Of a stretch of DNA of 64,000 bases, positions 24,437-36,012 are shown piece by piece. The stretch is from NCBI GenBank assembly GCA_964252035.1, contig OZ176205.1. The stretch is one strand, 5' to 3'. Under the pieces are notes generated by a model that worked only from the letters and a program-made list of their open reading frames with translations, did not search any database and was not told the origin of the DNA. The translations under genes and the position numbers were made by a program. This stretch comes from Podarcis erhardii. Taxonomy: Eukaryota. Numbering within the stretch: the first letter of the stretch is position 1; each line of letters opens with the position of its first letter.

Positions 24437-27330
24437 GTATTCAAAATCCTTTATTAGGCATAGCACACCACACAATGACAAACAACATATACAAACTATA
24501 TAAAATACGGGTACAGCGAACACAATTTATCCTAATCCTATTCTTAACTCCCAGAAATTAATCAATGTACATGAATAATATAATACAATTTAATATAAAA
24601 TAATAATACAGCACAGCAATGTCACCTACCATTAAAAACCACTAAGTCTCTTTATCATGGCCCATTCTTTCATCATGGACAGCTCTTAAAAATTCGGCCA
24701 CTATTATAGTAATTTGATCATCGCTGTCCGCCAGCATGTCCTGGACAGTTGATTGAGTACAAATCTGTTTATTGAATTTTAGGGCCTCATATAATTGTAT
24801 TCTGGCATAACTGCCAAAATCACAGGAGAAGAATATATGTTCTAGGGTATCGAGTTCCTTTTTCCTGCATTTGCAGAGACGCTCAGCTTCTGGGATAGCT
24901 AAATATCTTCCTCTCACTACCACCGAGGAAAACATGTTAAATCTGGCCAACATAAAAAGCCTACACGATTCATGATTCTTCAGATTTGTCATGTATCCCT
25001 TTTGGAAATCTCTACACAAAGGGAGATTTAAGTGAATGGGAGAGCAGGTGCTGCGCTTTGCAACCTCAAGCATGGCGAGAGCATTTTTTCTGTGAGAGTC
25101 TTCCTAATAATTTCCCATGTATCTTTGGGATCAGATATTTCAAAGTCAGTTAGAATGAGCCCTATAGAATCCAGTTTTCTCCTACATATCAGTGATAGAT
25201 TGTAGATTGCACTATCACTTAAAAGATCGTAAAGTAGAGAATTAGGGGATAGGGCTCTATAATGGAGGAAGATCCAATATTTCAAGGTCCTCAGCCATGC
25301 TCTAACTGATAAAGGCAAAATTCCCAGCTCACAACATATTGTTTCATATTTTACTGAGTTTGCAAGTCCTAATAATGACCTCAGGAGGGAAGCGTGAAAT
25401 TTATCCAACCTCTTGAGGTCACCTGAAATCCACACTGGTGTGCCGTAAAGAAGTTGGGCACAAAGTTTCATATCAATCACTTGCAATACAGCTGGGATGA
25501 ATCTGTTTCCTACTGGAGAAAAAAAATAGGATTTTATATGGTGGGCTGTCACTTTGGCCTTAGCTATAGCAGCACATATATGTGTATTCCAATTCATATT
25601 ATTTTTGAATGTGATTCCCAGATAATTGAAGCTTAACTTCCTGTATTAGATGTCCATTAATTATACATCCTTTTGGGTTCCCTCTCTTTCTGAATTGCAT
25701 AATCTTTGTCTTATCATAATTAATTTTGAGATTATTAAGAGAGCAGTAGTTTGAGAAACTCTTAAATATTTTTTTTTAACCCAAAACAGAGAGTGAAATA
25801 ATTACAGCATCATCTGCATAAAGTAGTAGAGAGAGTGGGCAATTGTTTATATAAGGAGTATGAGTGGTTGCGTTTTGAAGGAATAATGGTAGGTCAGATA
25901 AAAAGAGATTAAATAGGGTAGGGGCCAAGATACAGCCTTGCCTAACTCCACGATTATTCAGAATAGAACCTGCAAGTCTACCATCTTTTGATACTTTAAC
26001 ATATATTTGGTTATTAGAATGTAAACTTTGAATCAGTGTAAGTAAATATGGGTCAATACCAAGGTGTTCTAGTTTAGTCCATAGTTTGTTGCGGTCGACC
26101 GAATCAAAGGCACTTTTTAAATCCACAAATGCCACAAAGAGTTTCCGTTTATTTCTCATGACATATTTATCCACAAGATGACTTAACACTAGACACTGGT
26201 CAAGAGTTGACGAGCCTGCCTTAAAACCAGCCTGCTCTTTACCAGGTAGGCCTTTTGTCAGCATCCATTCTTCCAATTTAATAAGCAGAGATTTGGCATA
26301 GATTTTGCTTATGCATGGTAGCAAACTTATAGGCCTGTAATTCTCTTGGCAATTCCTATCACCTTTTTTAAAGATGGGTACCACTATTGATTTGTTCCAC
26401 GACTTGGGTACAAGGGCTGATTGATAGATAGAGTTAAAAAGCGGCACAAGTTTAATGGCCCACCATTCTGTATCTAATTTCAACAGGTCTATTGGGATGC
26501 CATCCATACCCGGTGATTTCCCTTGCTTAAACGAAAAGATTATCCTTTTCATCTCGTCAACAGTAATTTGAAATTGTGTGGTTTTTGCCAAAGAAACTTT
26601 AAAATTTTCCTTTTTACAAACTTGGTGATCATAAAAAACAGCAGTAAAATGTGAAATCCAAACCTCATCACTTATATTAGGAAGCTCTGTGGTAACTTTT
26701 ATTGAGAGAAGTGACCAAAAAGTTTTAGTATCTTTAATTTCTAATGCAGTAACAATTTTAGACCATTTGGCTAGTGCAAGCTCAGATTTTTTTTTCCAGG
26801 AGCATGTTCTTAAAAGCATTTTTCATTTCAAAATAAGTCTTCCAGAGACCTTGAGAGTTGGTAATATAGGCTTCTTTTAGACAAGTTCTAAGTTCTTTCT
26901 TATAGTTAATACAATCTTTATCGAACCAGTTATACTTATTTAAAGATTTGTTGCTGGACTGAGAGTCTAAAAAAGAAGAAAATAATTCCTGGATAGTCTT
27001 ATAGTAACAATCATTATCCTCCAAGGGCAACAAATTTTGGTTAGCCACAGGTTCCGGAAGAACTGGGTTATTTTCAAATACTGCTAATAGATCCTCCCTA
27101 TTTTTATCACTTATATAAATTCTTTTGGCATAAATAGTCTTATCAATACTAATAGGAGGTCTAATATCATTATTTCTAGGATTCCTGTACATCTCTAAAA
27201 CTATTGGGAAATGGTCACTCTCTGAGCGAGGTACAACTGTAAAAGAGGCAATTTCATTTAACATTTCAACGGAAACTAGAGAATAATCGATTACGCTCCT
27301 ACTCCTTTTGGAGCTAAAAGTAAAATTTCC
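24437..27330 (-). mobile_element. 5'-truncated non-LTR retrotransposon (RTE-X-like LINE), 2894 bp, disrupted ORF
   Basis: APE endonuclease C-part (FTF...SVIDY...SDHFPI), RT (FVDLKSAFDSV, GVRQGCILAP, LLYADD) and C-terminal CxC...HxxxxC. AATAAA lies at 24450-24455 on the minus strand. Perfect 15-bp TSD TGGATAGGGTATTTA at 24422-24436 and 27331-27345. Clade assignment is inferred from motifs. Confidence 0.92.
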
Positions 27331-27343
27331 TGGATAGGGTATT

Positions 27344-27350
27344 TACTAAC
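27344..27350 (+). promoter_or_regulatory. branch point of KIF21B intron 25 (TACTAAC)
   Basis: perfect consensus; branch A (27349) is 21 nt before the acceptor G (27370), with no intervening AG. Confidence 0.8.
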
Positions 27351-27370
27351 CATGGCTGCCTCTCCTCTAG

Positions 27371-27445
27371 CCCTAGACAGTCCCGTGGTGCAGACACATC
27401 ACCCCTCACCAGGAGGAAGTCATATGACCGGGGCCAGCCTATCAG
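27371..27445 (+). CDS. KIF21B: KIF21B exon 26
   Basis: ctag|C CCT AGA CAG...ATC AG|gtgagt; 75 nt; [25 protein letters not shown]. Confidence 0.95.
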
Positions 27446-27595
27446 GTGAGTGTGTGTGAGTGACTTCAATTGGCAGCAGTTCTTTCGCTTTGCTCATAAT
27501 GCAGAAAATGAATTGTGTGATGCAGGATCTAACAGTGCTGCAAGATTATAGTTCTATAATTAGTGGAATCCACTGCTTCTCTCTTTCTTGCCTAG

Positions 27596-27709
27596 GAACC
27601 CAGACGTTGGATTCACTCCTCCTTCATCCCCTCCCAGCAGGCCACGCAATGACCGGAATGTTTTCTCCCGCCTCACCAGCAACCAGAGTCAGGGCTCAGC
27701 ACTAGACAA
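27596..27709 (+). CDS. KIF21B: KIF21B exon 27
   Basis: ctag|G AAC CCA GAC...GAC AA|gtaagg; 114 nt; [35 protein letters not shown]. Confidence 0.95.
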
Positions 27710-28968
27710 GTAAGGCCGCCTGCGGAACTTGGGGAAACTTGTATCCCCATAGAAGGTGACAACAGAATGGATAAACTGGCAGTGCCAGGGATATCTTCCC
27801 CTTATGTCCCACTCTACCCAGCACCAAGAATGGCATGTTTTTCTTTGACCTCCAGGTTTGGGCCCTATTTGCACTGGAATTAGCACCATGCCTCTGTCAC
27901 CTAGACACTTAGGTGCAATTACTGTGAAACCTGCCAAATCATTCAGGGAGCCTCTTATGTGCTGTTGTAGAGGCATGTGAATCAAAGTCCTTGGTCTCTA
28001 CGGCCAAGTACCTGAGTCGGTGCTTTAAGCTCAAAAGCACCCTATTCTCCCCATATGTCATGGGTAGCAGTTCTGAATCTCTTTCCAACCCTGTCTGCAG
28101 CCTATAGGGGCCATCTGCTCTGGTGCCTCTTTATTAACAGGTCACCTCTGTTTTAGTGCGGGGGAGGAATTGGTATGCTTTTTCCAGCACAGGTGTAAGT
28201 TAAGCCTTCCAGATATTTCTTCATATTGGAAAGATATTGGAAAACAAGGTCATGTGAGTCCTGCTTTCTAAATACCAGCATGTCAGCTTTGGGGTCCCCC
28301 CCCCCCTTTCTTGAGTGTGTTCCACAAGCCTCCTGAACGGCAGCTGGTGGCAGCACTGACAGAGCTTCAGTTAACACAATGGGATTCCTTTAACGTGGGC
28401 TGCCTTGATCTTCAAGGACACAGGGATGATGCTGAATTTTCAAAACACAGAACAGCAGCCCAATAAATAAAGGAACCTCTTGGGGCTAAGCTGGCATTAG
28501 AGTGACCTCTGTGACCATTGGGTCCATATTCCCATTTGGAGGTGGCATGGGAGTCACTGCCAACGTTCTCAGAAGCTGGCCCACCCATAGCTATGTAGGA
28601 ACCTTGGGCAGGCATTCCCAGATGTGTGCACATTCCCTTCTTTTGCAGAAGAACCACACATGCACAATAACTCAGCATCCTGAGAATCTCCACTTCCTTT
28701 TTGTTTTTAATCCAAGCTCCGAGCCTTATGGCTGCGATGACAGGCTTGCAAGTGTGTGGTGAAGCACCTAGTTAAAAACTCATGATGGTTTCTGCTACGC
28801 ACCCTCCCCCACCCCGTTCCTGAACCCTTCTGTCTGTGGTCTGCTCTCCTATGTCTGCCCGCCCTGCTAGCTTGGATGCAATAACAACCTTTCCTTTTCT
28901 GACTATGCTGCTGCTTTTCCTTCTCCTGGTTTTAATTACCCATAATCCTGCTAATTTTCTGTCCCTAG

Positions 28969-29007
28969 GTCTGATGACAGTGACTCCTCTGTCTCGGAGG
29001 TGCTGAG
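28969..29007 (+). CDS. KIF21B: KIF21B exon 28 (39-nt frame-preserving small exon)
   Basis: ctag|G TCT GAT GAC...CTG AG|gtataa; SDDSDSSVSEVL, matching human SDDSDSSLSEVLR. Confidence 0.93.
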
Positions 29008-31077
29008 GTATAAAACTTACTATTTATTATATAACTCTTCTTGCTTTCCTCTTTTCTCATTCTTTTCCCCTCCCTGCATTTGAAACCTGCTTGTAACTGA
29101 ACCCGGTGTGATGTTTCTTTCCTTGTGCTGCTTCTCCTTGCTGGTAGATTTGCCTTCCCAGCTGATTAGAGTGCTCCATTGGGACCTCTTCCTATGTTAA
29201 CTGAAACAGTTGGGTTCAGCCCACTCAGCATGCTTCACTAGGACACATCATGCGGTTAATCCACCAACACGCACGTGTATCTGAAAATCTCAAGTCTCTT
29301 CCCCCCAGCACTTAATAGATGCCATCCTGTGACATGTTTTTGTTTGGAATGGACCAAGCATACGCCTGCAGGTAGTGCATGTCTGTAACTAGGAGTTAGG
29401 AGCTAACCATTTGCATGTGTCGTAATTGCGCCATGATTTCACGAATGTGGCTTTTGAGTAGTTTCTAGGCCTCGTGGTGGAGAGAATATCGGAAAACGTC
29501 CAGGCAGCTCCCCTTCAGGCTCAGAGTCTTGGAGTCATTTGAGTTGAGAATATTTCCGTGCCCTTCAGGCACAGCTCCCTGCCTCCCCCACACTTCCCAT
29601 TTGCTTCCAGTTCTTCGCAGTCCTGTTCCCATGAAGCCTATGGGAGCACCCCATGCCTTTTCCATCTGCTACTACAGCCCAGAAGTCCAGCCCCTGTTTT
29701 CTTTTTATCCGGGGCAAGTTATTTTTGCCATAGTTGCTAAAATGGATGGATGGTAGTTTTAAAATTTGCATAATAAGGTCCAGCCTCATACTGTGAATAC
29801 TTGGGAGATCCTGAAAGCTGATTCTGGTCACTGGATTTCGTGTTAAAGCGATACTCCAGCAAGCGGCAATGCCTTTCCCTTATTTCTGGGTGTAAGATAA
29901 ACTTTCAAGACATTAGCCAACCCCACTGAAGATGGAGGGGTGCACATGTGTAAGGGAAATGTAATCTGTTATGTTTATTTCTGTCCTGATAATCAAGAGT
30001 GTGTCCTTTTTGAAAATGGGAATAAACTACTGGACCAAGTTTAAGATTTTGGTATTGACTCATAAATCCATGAACAACTTGGGACTAGAATACCGGAGCA
30101 ATCACCTTTTCTCCCTATTGACCTACCACCAGCCTTTGCCAGCCTAGTGTCCTCCTGGTCTTTAGGGCTACCACTCCCTTCAGCCCCAGCAAAGGCTACC
30201 CTGCATAATCAGTACAATTGTCTAATGAGGCCTTCATGGTTGTGCTACAACCTTTTGAAGTACAGGTAGTGGCCATTAGAACGGGAGGGCCTTTTCTGCA
30301 GTAGCACCCTTATTATAGAACCACGTTCCCTCCGAGTTTAGGTGAGTGCCCTATCGATGCTGATCAGGCATCCTTTAAAAACTCACTTGTACTCCCAAGC
30401 TGGACCTTGGTCTCAGTATATTATCACTTTAATTCTGCCCTACTTTTTCACTGCATTGCATTTCTATATTTTATATGTATTTTAACAGTATTGTACACTA
30501 CCACTTCTCAACTTTGATCTAGGAGAAAAGTTTTGTGTGACGTGTTCAAGCCTCTAACTCACTCTTATGTGATTTATTTTGGGGGGAAGGGGCTTCATTC
30601 CTTTTTTAAACTTTATGTGTCTTGGTGATCCCATGTATTCAAATAAGAAACTGCTGCCAACTTTCAGAGCCGTTACAAAGCTTGTTGCCAGGAAGGTTTG
30701 AAGTGTCTCCATGTTGACCACAAGGTGGTGCACCAATTTCATGCCCGACTCAGATGGAGACAGTTTAGAGAAGAGGAGTTTGAGTTGTCAAAGTTACTAA
30801 GTTTATAGGCCTAGAATAACATGACATGCTGCTAGGTGGGACCAAGTGGATTATTAAAATAATTGCAATCATTTGGACCCATGTGTTCATTTCAGAGCAA
30901 AAAATAAAGGAGATTTTCGTTACTTACAAAGGGTCAGTGCCTCTCTTGGCATGTGGTAACAAAACTATATTAGTTACATTGCGCCTTGATCTTGCACAGA
31001 GAGAGTTGGAGGCTGAAATTTGAAATAATATTTCAGAAACAAAGCAGCCAATGCAGTAACTTGGAGCTGTTGATGAG

Positions 31078-31223
31078 GAAGGGGCTGTCACTCTATGGAT
31101 GCTTTGCATGCATCAGGTTCCATGTTCAGTGATATCTCCAGGTGAGGCTGGCAAATATTCCTGCCTGAAACCCTGGAGAACCACTTTCAGTCAATGTTCT
31201 GAGCTGGATGGATTAATAGCATA
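31078..31223 (+). mobile_element. Squam3-like SINE (decayed)
   Basis: GCTTTGCATGCA...CCTGCCTGAAACCCTGGAGA...CTGAGCTGGATGGA...AGCTTCCTGTGTTC. Confidence 0.6.
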
Positions 31224-31366
31224 AAGTAGCTTCCTGTGTTCCCATTCAAAGCTGCATGTAAATACACACATTCTGACGCTCAGGATTGTGCATTGCAGTT
31301 TTCAATTCCATTAAGAACTATGAATACACAAAACATTAGTTGGCTTTAATATAGCAACAACTAATA

Positions 31367-31728
31367 GTTTATTTACACCCCGCCTACTATGGGCAGCTTC
31401 CAACATAATATAAAAACACAACTAAACATCAAGCATTAAAAACTTCCTGATACAGGGCGGCCTTCAGATGTCTTCTAAAAGACAAATCACTGTTTATTTC
31501 CTTGACATCTGATGGAAGGGTATTCCACAGGGCAGGCGCAACTACCAAGAAGGCCCTCTGCCTGGTTCCCTAAAGCTTCACTTCTAACAGTGAGGGAACC
31601 AGAAGAAGACCCTCGGAGAAGGACTGAGGTGTCCAGGCTAGAGGTGGAGATGCTCCTTCAGGTATACAGGGCCGATGCTGTTTAAGGCTTTAATGGTCAG
31701 CACCAGCACTTTGAATTGTGCTTGGAAA
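31367..31728 (-). mobile_element. L2 LINE 3' fragment
   Basis: reverse strand reads the L2 RT tail (QFKVLVLT...GPVYLKE); AAGGCCCTCTGCCTGGTTCCC family motif. Confidence 0.7.
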
Positions 31729-32128
31729 GGGGCCTAAGCATGTGTCCTGTAGCCCTGCTATGCAACCTATGTTGCCTCTTGGGGAAAAAACACTTGAAGA
31801 GCATTTGAGTGGATCAGCTTTCAGCATAATACTGACACCAGTATATAACCAATGGTGGAGCATCTCACCCTTCCTGTAACTTGAAGATGTTTGTGCCCAG
31901 AACTTTGTGACATACTCTTCAGCTTGATTCTGCATGTGCTTGCCTGCCTGTCGCTCCCCCACCTTTCCCCCCCTCTTTTAAGCTTAATGTGGGTCTGGTC
32001 CTTCTGGCACGCCAGTGTCTCCTGAGCAGTGTGATTCCCAGGTGCATGATCGGTTACTCTAAGGATGCCTGATTGCTGCAGCTGCAGGAACCGTCTCTCA
32101 AAGCATTTCCCTTTTTCTCCCATGCAAG

Positions 32129-32265
32129 GGGCATTATCAACCCTGTGGGAGGCTCCAGGAGTGCCCGGACAGCTCCACTGCAATGCATCTCTGTGGCAGA
32201 AGGACACACCAAGCCTGTCCTGTGCCTGGATGCTACAGATGAATTGTTGTTCTCTGGATCCAAAG
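32129..32265 (+). CDS. KIF21B: KIF21B exon 29 (WD40 start)
   Basis: caag|G GGC ATT...AAA G|gtgtgt; 137 nt; GIINPVGG...[22 protein letters not shown]. Confidence 0.96.
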
Positions 32266-33086
32266 GTGTGTGTTTGAGAGAGGGGGTGGGAGCTGCTTTT
32301 GGTGGCTTAAGCCTGGTATGAATGAACACAGAGTCAGAAGTTCTGATTGGAGCTTTTCCAGCAATGTTCAGAAATGGTGAAAAATTAAGCATTTTCAGGG
32401 ATGGTGGAAGAAAAAGTATACTATTGCCTTCCCTGCCCTTTTACCCTAGTTTTGCTGCTGAAGCAAGTTGCTCAGCAACCTTCCCCCCTGCCCCAGTACC
32501 TCTGTTTGAAGGACTCTGTGTCATGATGGAGCTACATCACCCCAGGGACATGGTTGACGGAACTAAGCTGCCCCCATGGCTGCAATTGGGACAGCCATTA
32601 TCCCCGCCCCTGCAAGCAGTGACGTTAAAGTGCTTCACATGTGGAGTAGCCACTGCATGGAGACAGTTTTGAGCAGGCTCAGTCTGTATGGTATATCATG
32701 TGACAAGTGCCCTCTAGATACATTGCACTCCCACTATTTTCCTTGGTGAGTCAAGCATGCATGTGCCTGCTCACAGACATGGGCATAACAAGTGTAATGT
32801 CTCTTTCCAATAAATGCAGTGGGTGACAAAAAAGTTAAGGATGACTATAAAGACAATGGCTGTCCCCCCCAAAAAAAAGAAACTTCTGCAACTGCTGAAC
32901 CTTTCAAATTTGAATTAAAACCGGCTGCTTTCCATCTTATCTGCTGTATGTCCACATTTTAAAATATTAGTCACATCTTAGAATCACTGAAGAATTATGT
33001 TGCTTAGGAGAGAGTGGTGGTTTCTGCTCTCAGATGGGAAACTAGGGCACTGCTGGCACAACTGAAGTTCTCTCTTCTTTCCAAAG

Positions 33087-33267
33087 ATCGGAGTTGCAAA
33101 ATGTGGAACTTGGTGACTGGCCAGGAAATTGCCTCCTTGAAAGGCCACCCTAACAATGTGGTTTCCATAAAGTACAGTAACCACTCTGGCCTGGTGTTCA
33201 CAGTCTCTACCTCTTACATCAAAGTGTGGGACATCCGGGATTCTGCAAAGTGTATTCGTACTCTCAC
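33087..33267 (+). CDS. KIF21B: KIF21B exon 30 (WD40)
   Basis: aaag|AT CGG AGT...CTC AC|gtaagt; 181 nt; [21 protein letters not shown]...KCIRTL. Confidence 0.96.
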
Positions 33268-34088
33268 GTAAGTACTTGGCAGCTTTCTGTTTTGCTGCTT
33301 TTGAGTTTTTTGAAGCTTCATTTGTGGCCTTGTAAGGTTTAACAAAGTGGGGTTTAAGAGCATAGGCCATTGCTATCCATGGTCACACAACATTGTGCCA
33401 AATCCATTGCGCCATAAGGCAGGGGAAAGTGAACTGTGAGATCCCACAAGCTGCTTCTGATTGCTGATGTTTGGATAGCATTGTATCTGCAGGTGCTCCT
33501 CACCTGCTTGCTGGTCTACTATATCCTGTTTTGCAGTCTTCTATATCCTGGTCTACTATATCCTGGGCACAGCCTTGACATCTGACACAGGGCCATCTCT
33601 CTACCCACCAAACTTGCTTCCTCCAACATCTACAGGCCAGATTATGCATGTCATTTGTCACATGCTTAGTCCTACTGTGCAATGTGCAAGGATGAACATA
33701 GCAAAGTCACATCAGGACAGTCCCAGTCAAGGAGCTCCTGCATTGACTATTCTTAAGAATAAAAAATGGTACACCAGGTCTAATCCTGTGACAAACCCTC
33801 AGTAGGCTCTCCTTTCAATCTGCTAGAACTGTTCCTCTGAGGAATAATTCCTTCCAGGTGATCTGTGGGTTTGAAAACATATTGCTGTTCCTGGTCCTCA
33901 TGGAGTTGAACCCTCCCGAGCTCTTTATTTTGGAGCTGCTTTTGTCTGAGTAGCCTCCTCCGAAAGGCAAAGGCAAATCTGCAGTCTCTTTCTTGCTGCC
34001 CTGCAGCTGAACTCCATTCCTGCTTCTGTGAGACTTCCCTTCCTCTTTCCTCTGTGAGACTCTTTTCCTCTTTCTCTCCCTCTATTAG

Positions 34089-34253
34089 TTCATCAGGCCA
34101 GGTGATTGCCGGGGATGCCTGTGCTGGGACCTCTACCCGCACCATCACCAGTGTGCAAGGAGAGCACCAGATCAACCAGATTGCACTTAACCCCACAGGC
34201 ACCATGCTCTATGCAGCCACTGGCAATTCTGTCCGCATCTGGGAGCTAAACAG
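34089..34253 (+). CDS. KIF21B: KIF21B exon 31 (WD40)
   Basis: ttag|T TCA TCA GGC...AAC AG|gtgaga; 165 nt; [11 protein letters not shown]...VRIWELN. Confidence 0.96.
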
Positions 34254-34498
34254 GTGAGAGGGGGTGAACTGCCTACAATTCCAAACTGTTTGGAAATCTG
34301 CAAAAATGCCCAGAAGAGAATGGCAAGAGACTGTTGCCCATGACCCAAACTCCTCAATTACTCACACTGAAGAACTTGAAACTCAACCCCTTTATGAATA
34401 CATTTAGTATCTGGGCATTACTTGTGGAGCATTTAGCCTTGGGGGGGGGGTTCCTGCTGTTAATTTCTCAACACTACCCTTTCCGCTTTTTTGACTAG

Positions 34499-34616
34499 GT
34501 TGCAGCCCATTGGGAAGCTGACAGGCCATATTGGGCCAGTGATGTGTCTCACGGTGAACAGGACTGCAAGCAACCATGACCTAGTCATCACGGGATCTAA
34601 AGATCACTATGTCAAG
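34499..34616 (+). CDS. KIF21B: KIF21B exon 32 (WD40)
   Basis: ctag|G TTG CAG CCC...GTC AAG|gtattg; 118 nt; [19 protein letters not shown]...TGSKDHYVK. Confidence 0.96.
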
Positions 34617-34808
34617 GTATTGGACATAATAATTACGTTTTGCTGAGTTCACTGTTAGCAGCATCCTTAGTACCCCCCCCCCCTTTGGCAGCCCAACTAT
34701 CTGTGTCTCCTGTCTTTACAGAGCCCTACAAAATACTCAAGGTCAAACCCTTCCCCCCCCAATACACACTTCCATTTCCAGACATTTTGTTCCACATAAC
34801 CAAACATA

Positions 34809-35619
34809 CAGTGGTGCCCCGCAAGACGAATGCCTCGCTAAACGAAAAACCCGCAAGACGAAAGGGTTTTCCGATTTTTTAGCGGCTTCGCAAGACGAAT
34901 TTCCCTATGGGCTTGCTTCGCAAGACGAAAGCCCATAGGGAAATCTCCGGGACAGCGGGGAACCCTCTTCCCACCGCAAGCCCCGGGAAGAGAGGAGAAG
35001 CTGCGTGCCTTCCCCTCTGTTCCCGGACCTGTCCTGAAGGCTTGCGGTGGGAGGTCCGGGAACAGAGGAGAAGGCGCACAGCTTCTCCTCTCTTCCCGGG
35101 GCTTGCGGTGGGAGGAGGGTTTTTCCTCCCCACCGCCAACATTCAGAAGGCTGTTCTGAAGGCTGGCGGTGGGAAGAAAAGCCCTTCTCCCGCCTCCAGC
35201 CTTCAGAAGAGTTCCCCGCAGGGCTCCCCAAGCTGCAGATGTCTGCCCCGCGCGAGGGGCGCTCTGCTTCAGAGCGTCCCTCGCACCGGGCAGCAGGCTG
35301 CTATTCGCAGCCTAGGCAGCCCTGCAGGAACTCTTCTGAAGGCTGGCAGCGGGAGAAGGGCTTTTCTTCCCACCGCCAGCCTTCAGAAGGCTGTTCTGAA
35401 GCCTGGCAGTGGGGAGAAAAGTCCTCCTCCCCCCCCCCCAGCCTTCAGAAGAGGTCCGGGGACAGACTGTCCCCGGACCTGGTCTGAAGGCGGTCTCCCT
35501 AGGAACGCATTAATTGATTTTCAATGCATTCCTATGGGAAACTGTGCTTCGCAAGACGAAAAACTCGCAAGACGAAAAACTTGCGGAACCAATTAATTTC
35601 GTCTTGCGAGGCACCACTG
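34809..35619. mobile_element. Tc1/mariner-pogo (Tigger-like) non-autonomous DNA transposon, 811 bp
   Basis: TA flanks at 34807-34808 and 35620-35621; 22-bp TIR CAGTGGTGCC(C/T)CGCAAGACGAA; repeated subterminal GCAAGACGAA motifs; no transposase ORF. Confidence 0.9.
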
Positions 35620-36012
35620 TACTTAGGGAAGAATTCAAAGTAGCGCTATGTCAGTTGTTCCATCATTGCAAGGATTTCAGCTTGCTAGAGGAAATGAGTC
35701 CTCCTCTCCTCCCACAATATGCCATTCCGGGGGCTATTCTCCCCAATCAAGTCAATTGGGTGGGGTGCATGGGCAGAGAAGGGGCAGAAAAACCCTGTTT
35801 CACCAGTAGAAGTCATCTCACAGCCTTCCATTAGCAAGACTCATTGGTTGAATCCATTCCCTTATTTTTAAGAGTTACTCTGGAGCAGGGAAAGCTATAG
35901 GACTATCTAGCACAATGCCTACTTTTCTGAAAGCGGGGGACACTGAGCCCAGGGTTAACTGCAGGTTGAATCTGGGCTGCGGATTCTTATTTTGCCACTT
36001 CTCATTTTGCAG

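Noticed and set aside
25028-27264. Programmed ribosomal frameshifting in the LINE's overlapping ORFs
   Set aside because: LINE ORF2 is a single frame; the breaks lie in homopolymers or are point lesions typical of decay or sequencing error.
34809-35619. CRISPR-like array from the repeated GCAAGACGAA motifs, and the long GC-rich ORFs 34905-35596
   Set aside because: Irregular spacing, eukaryotic context, TIRs and TA TSD show a MITE. The ORFs appear in several frames and are by-products of GC-rich repeats.
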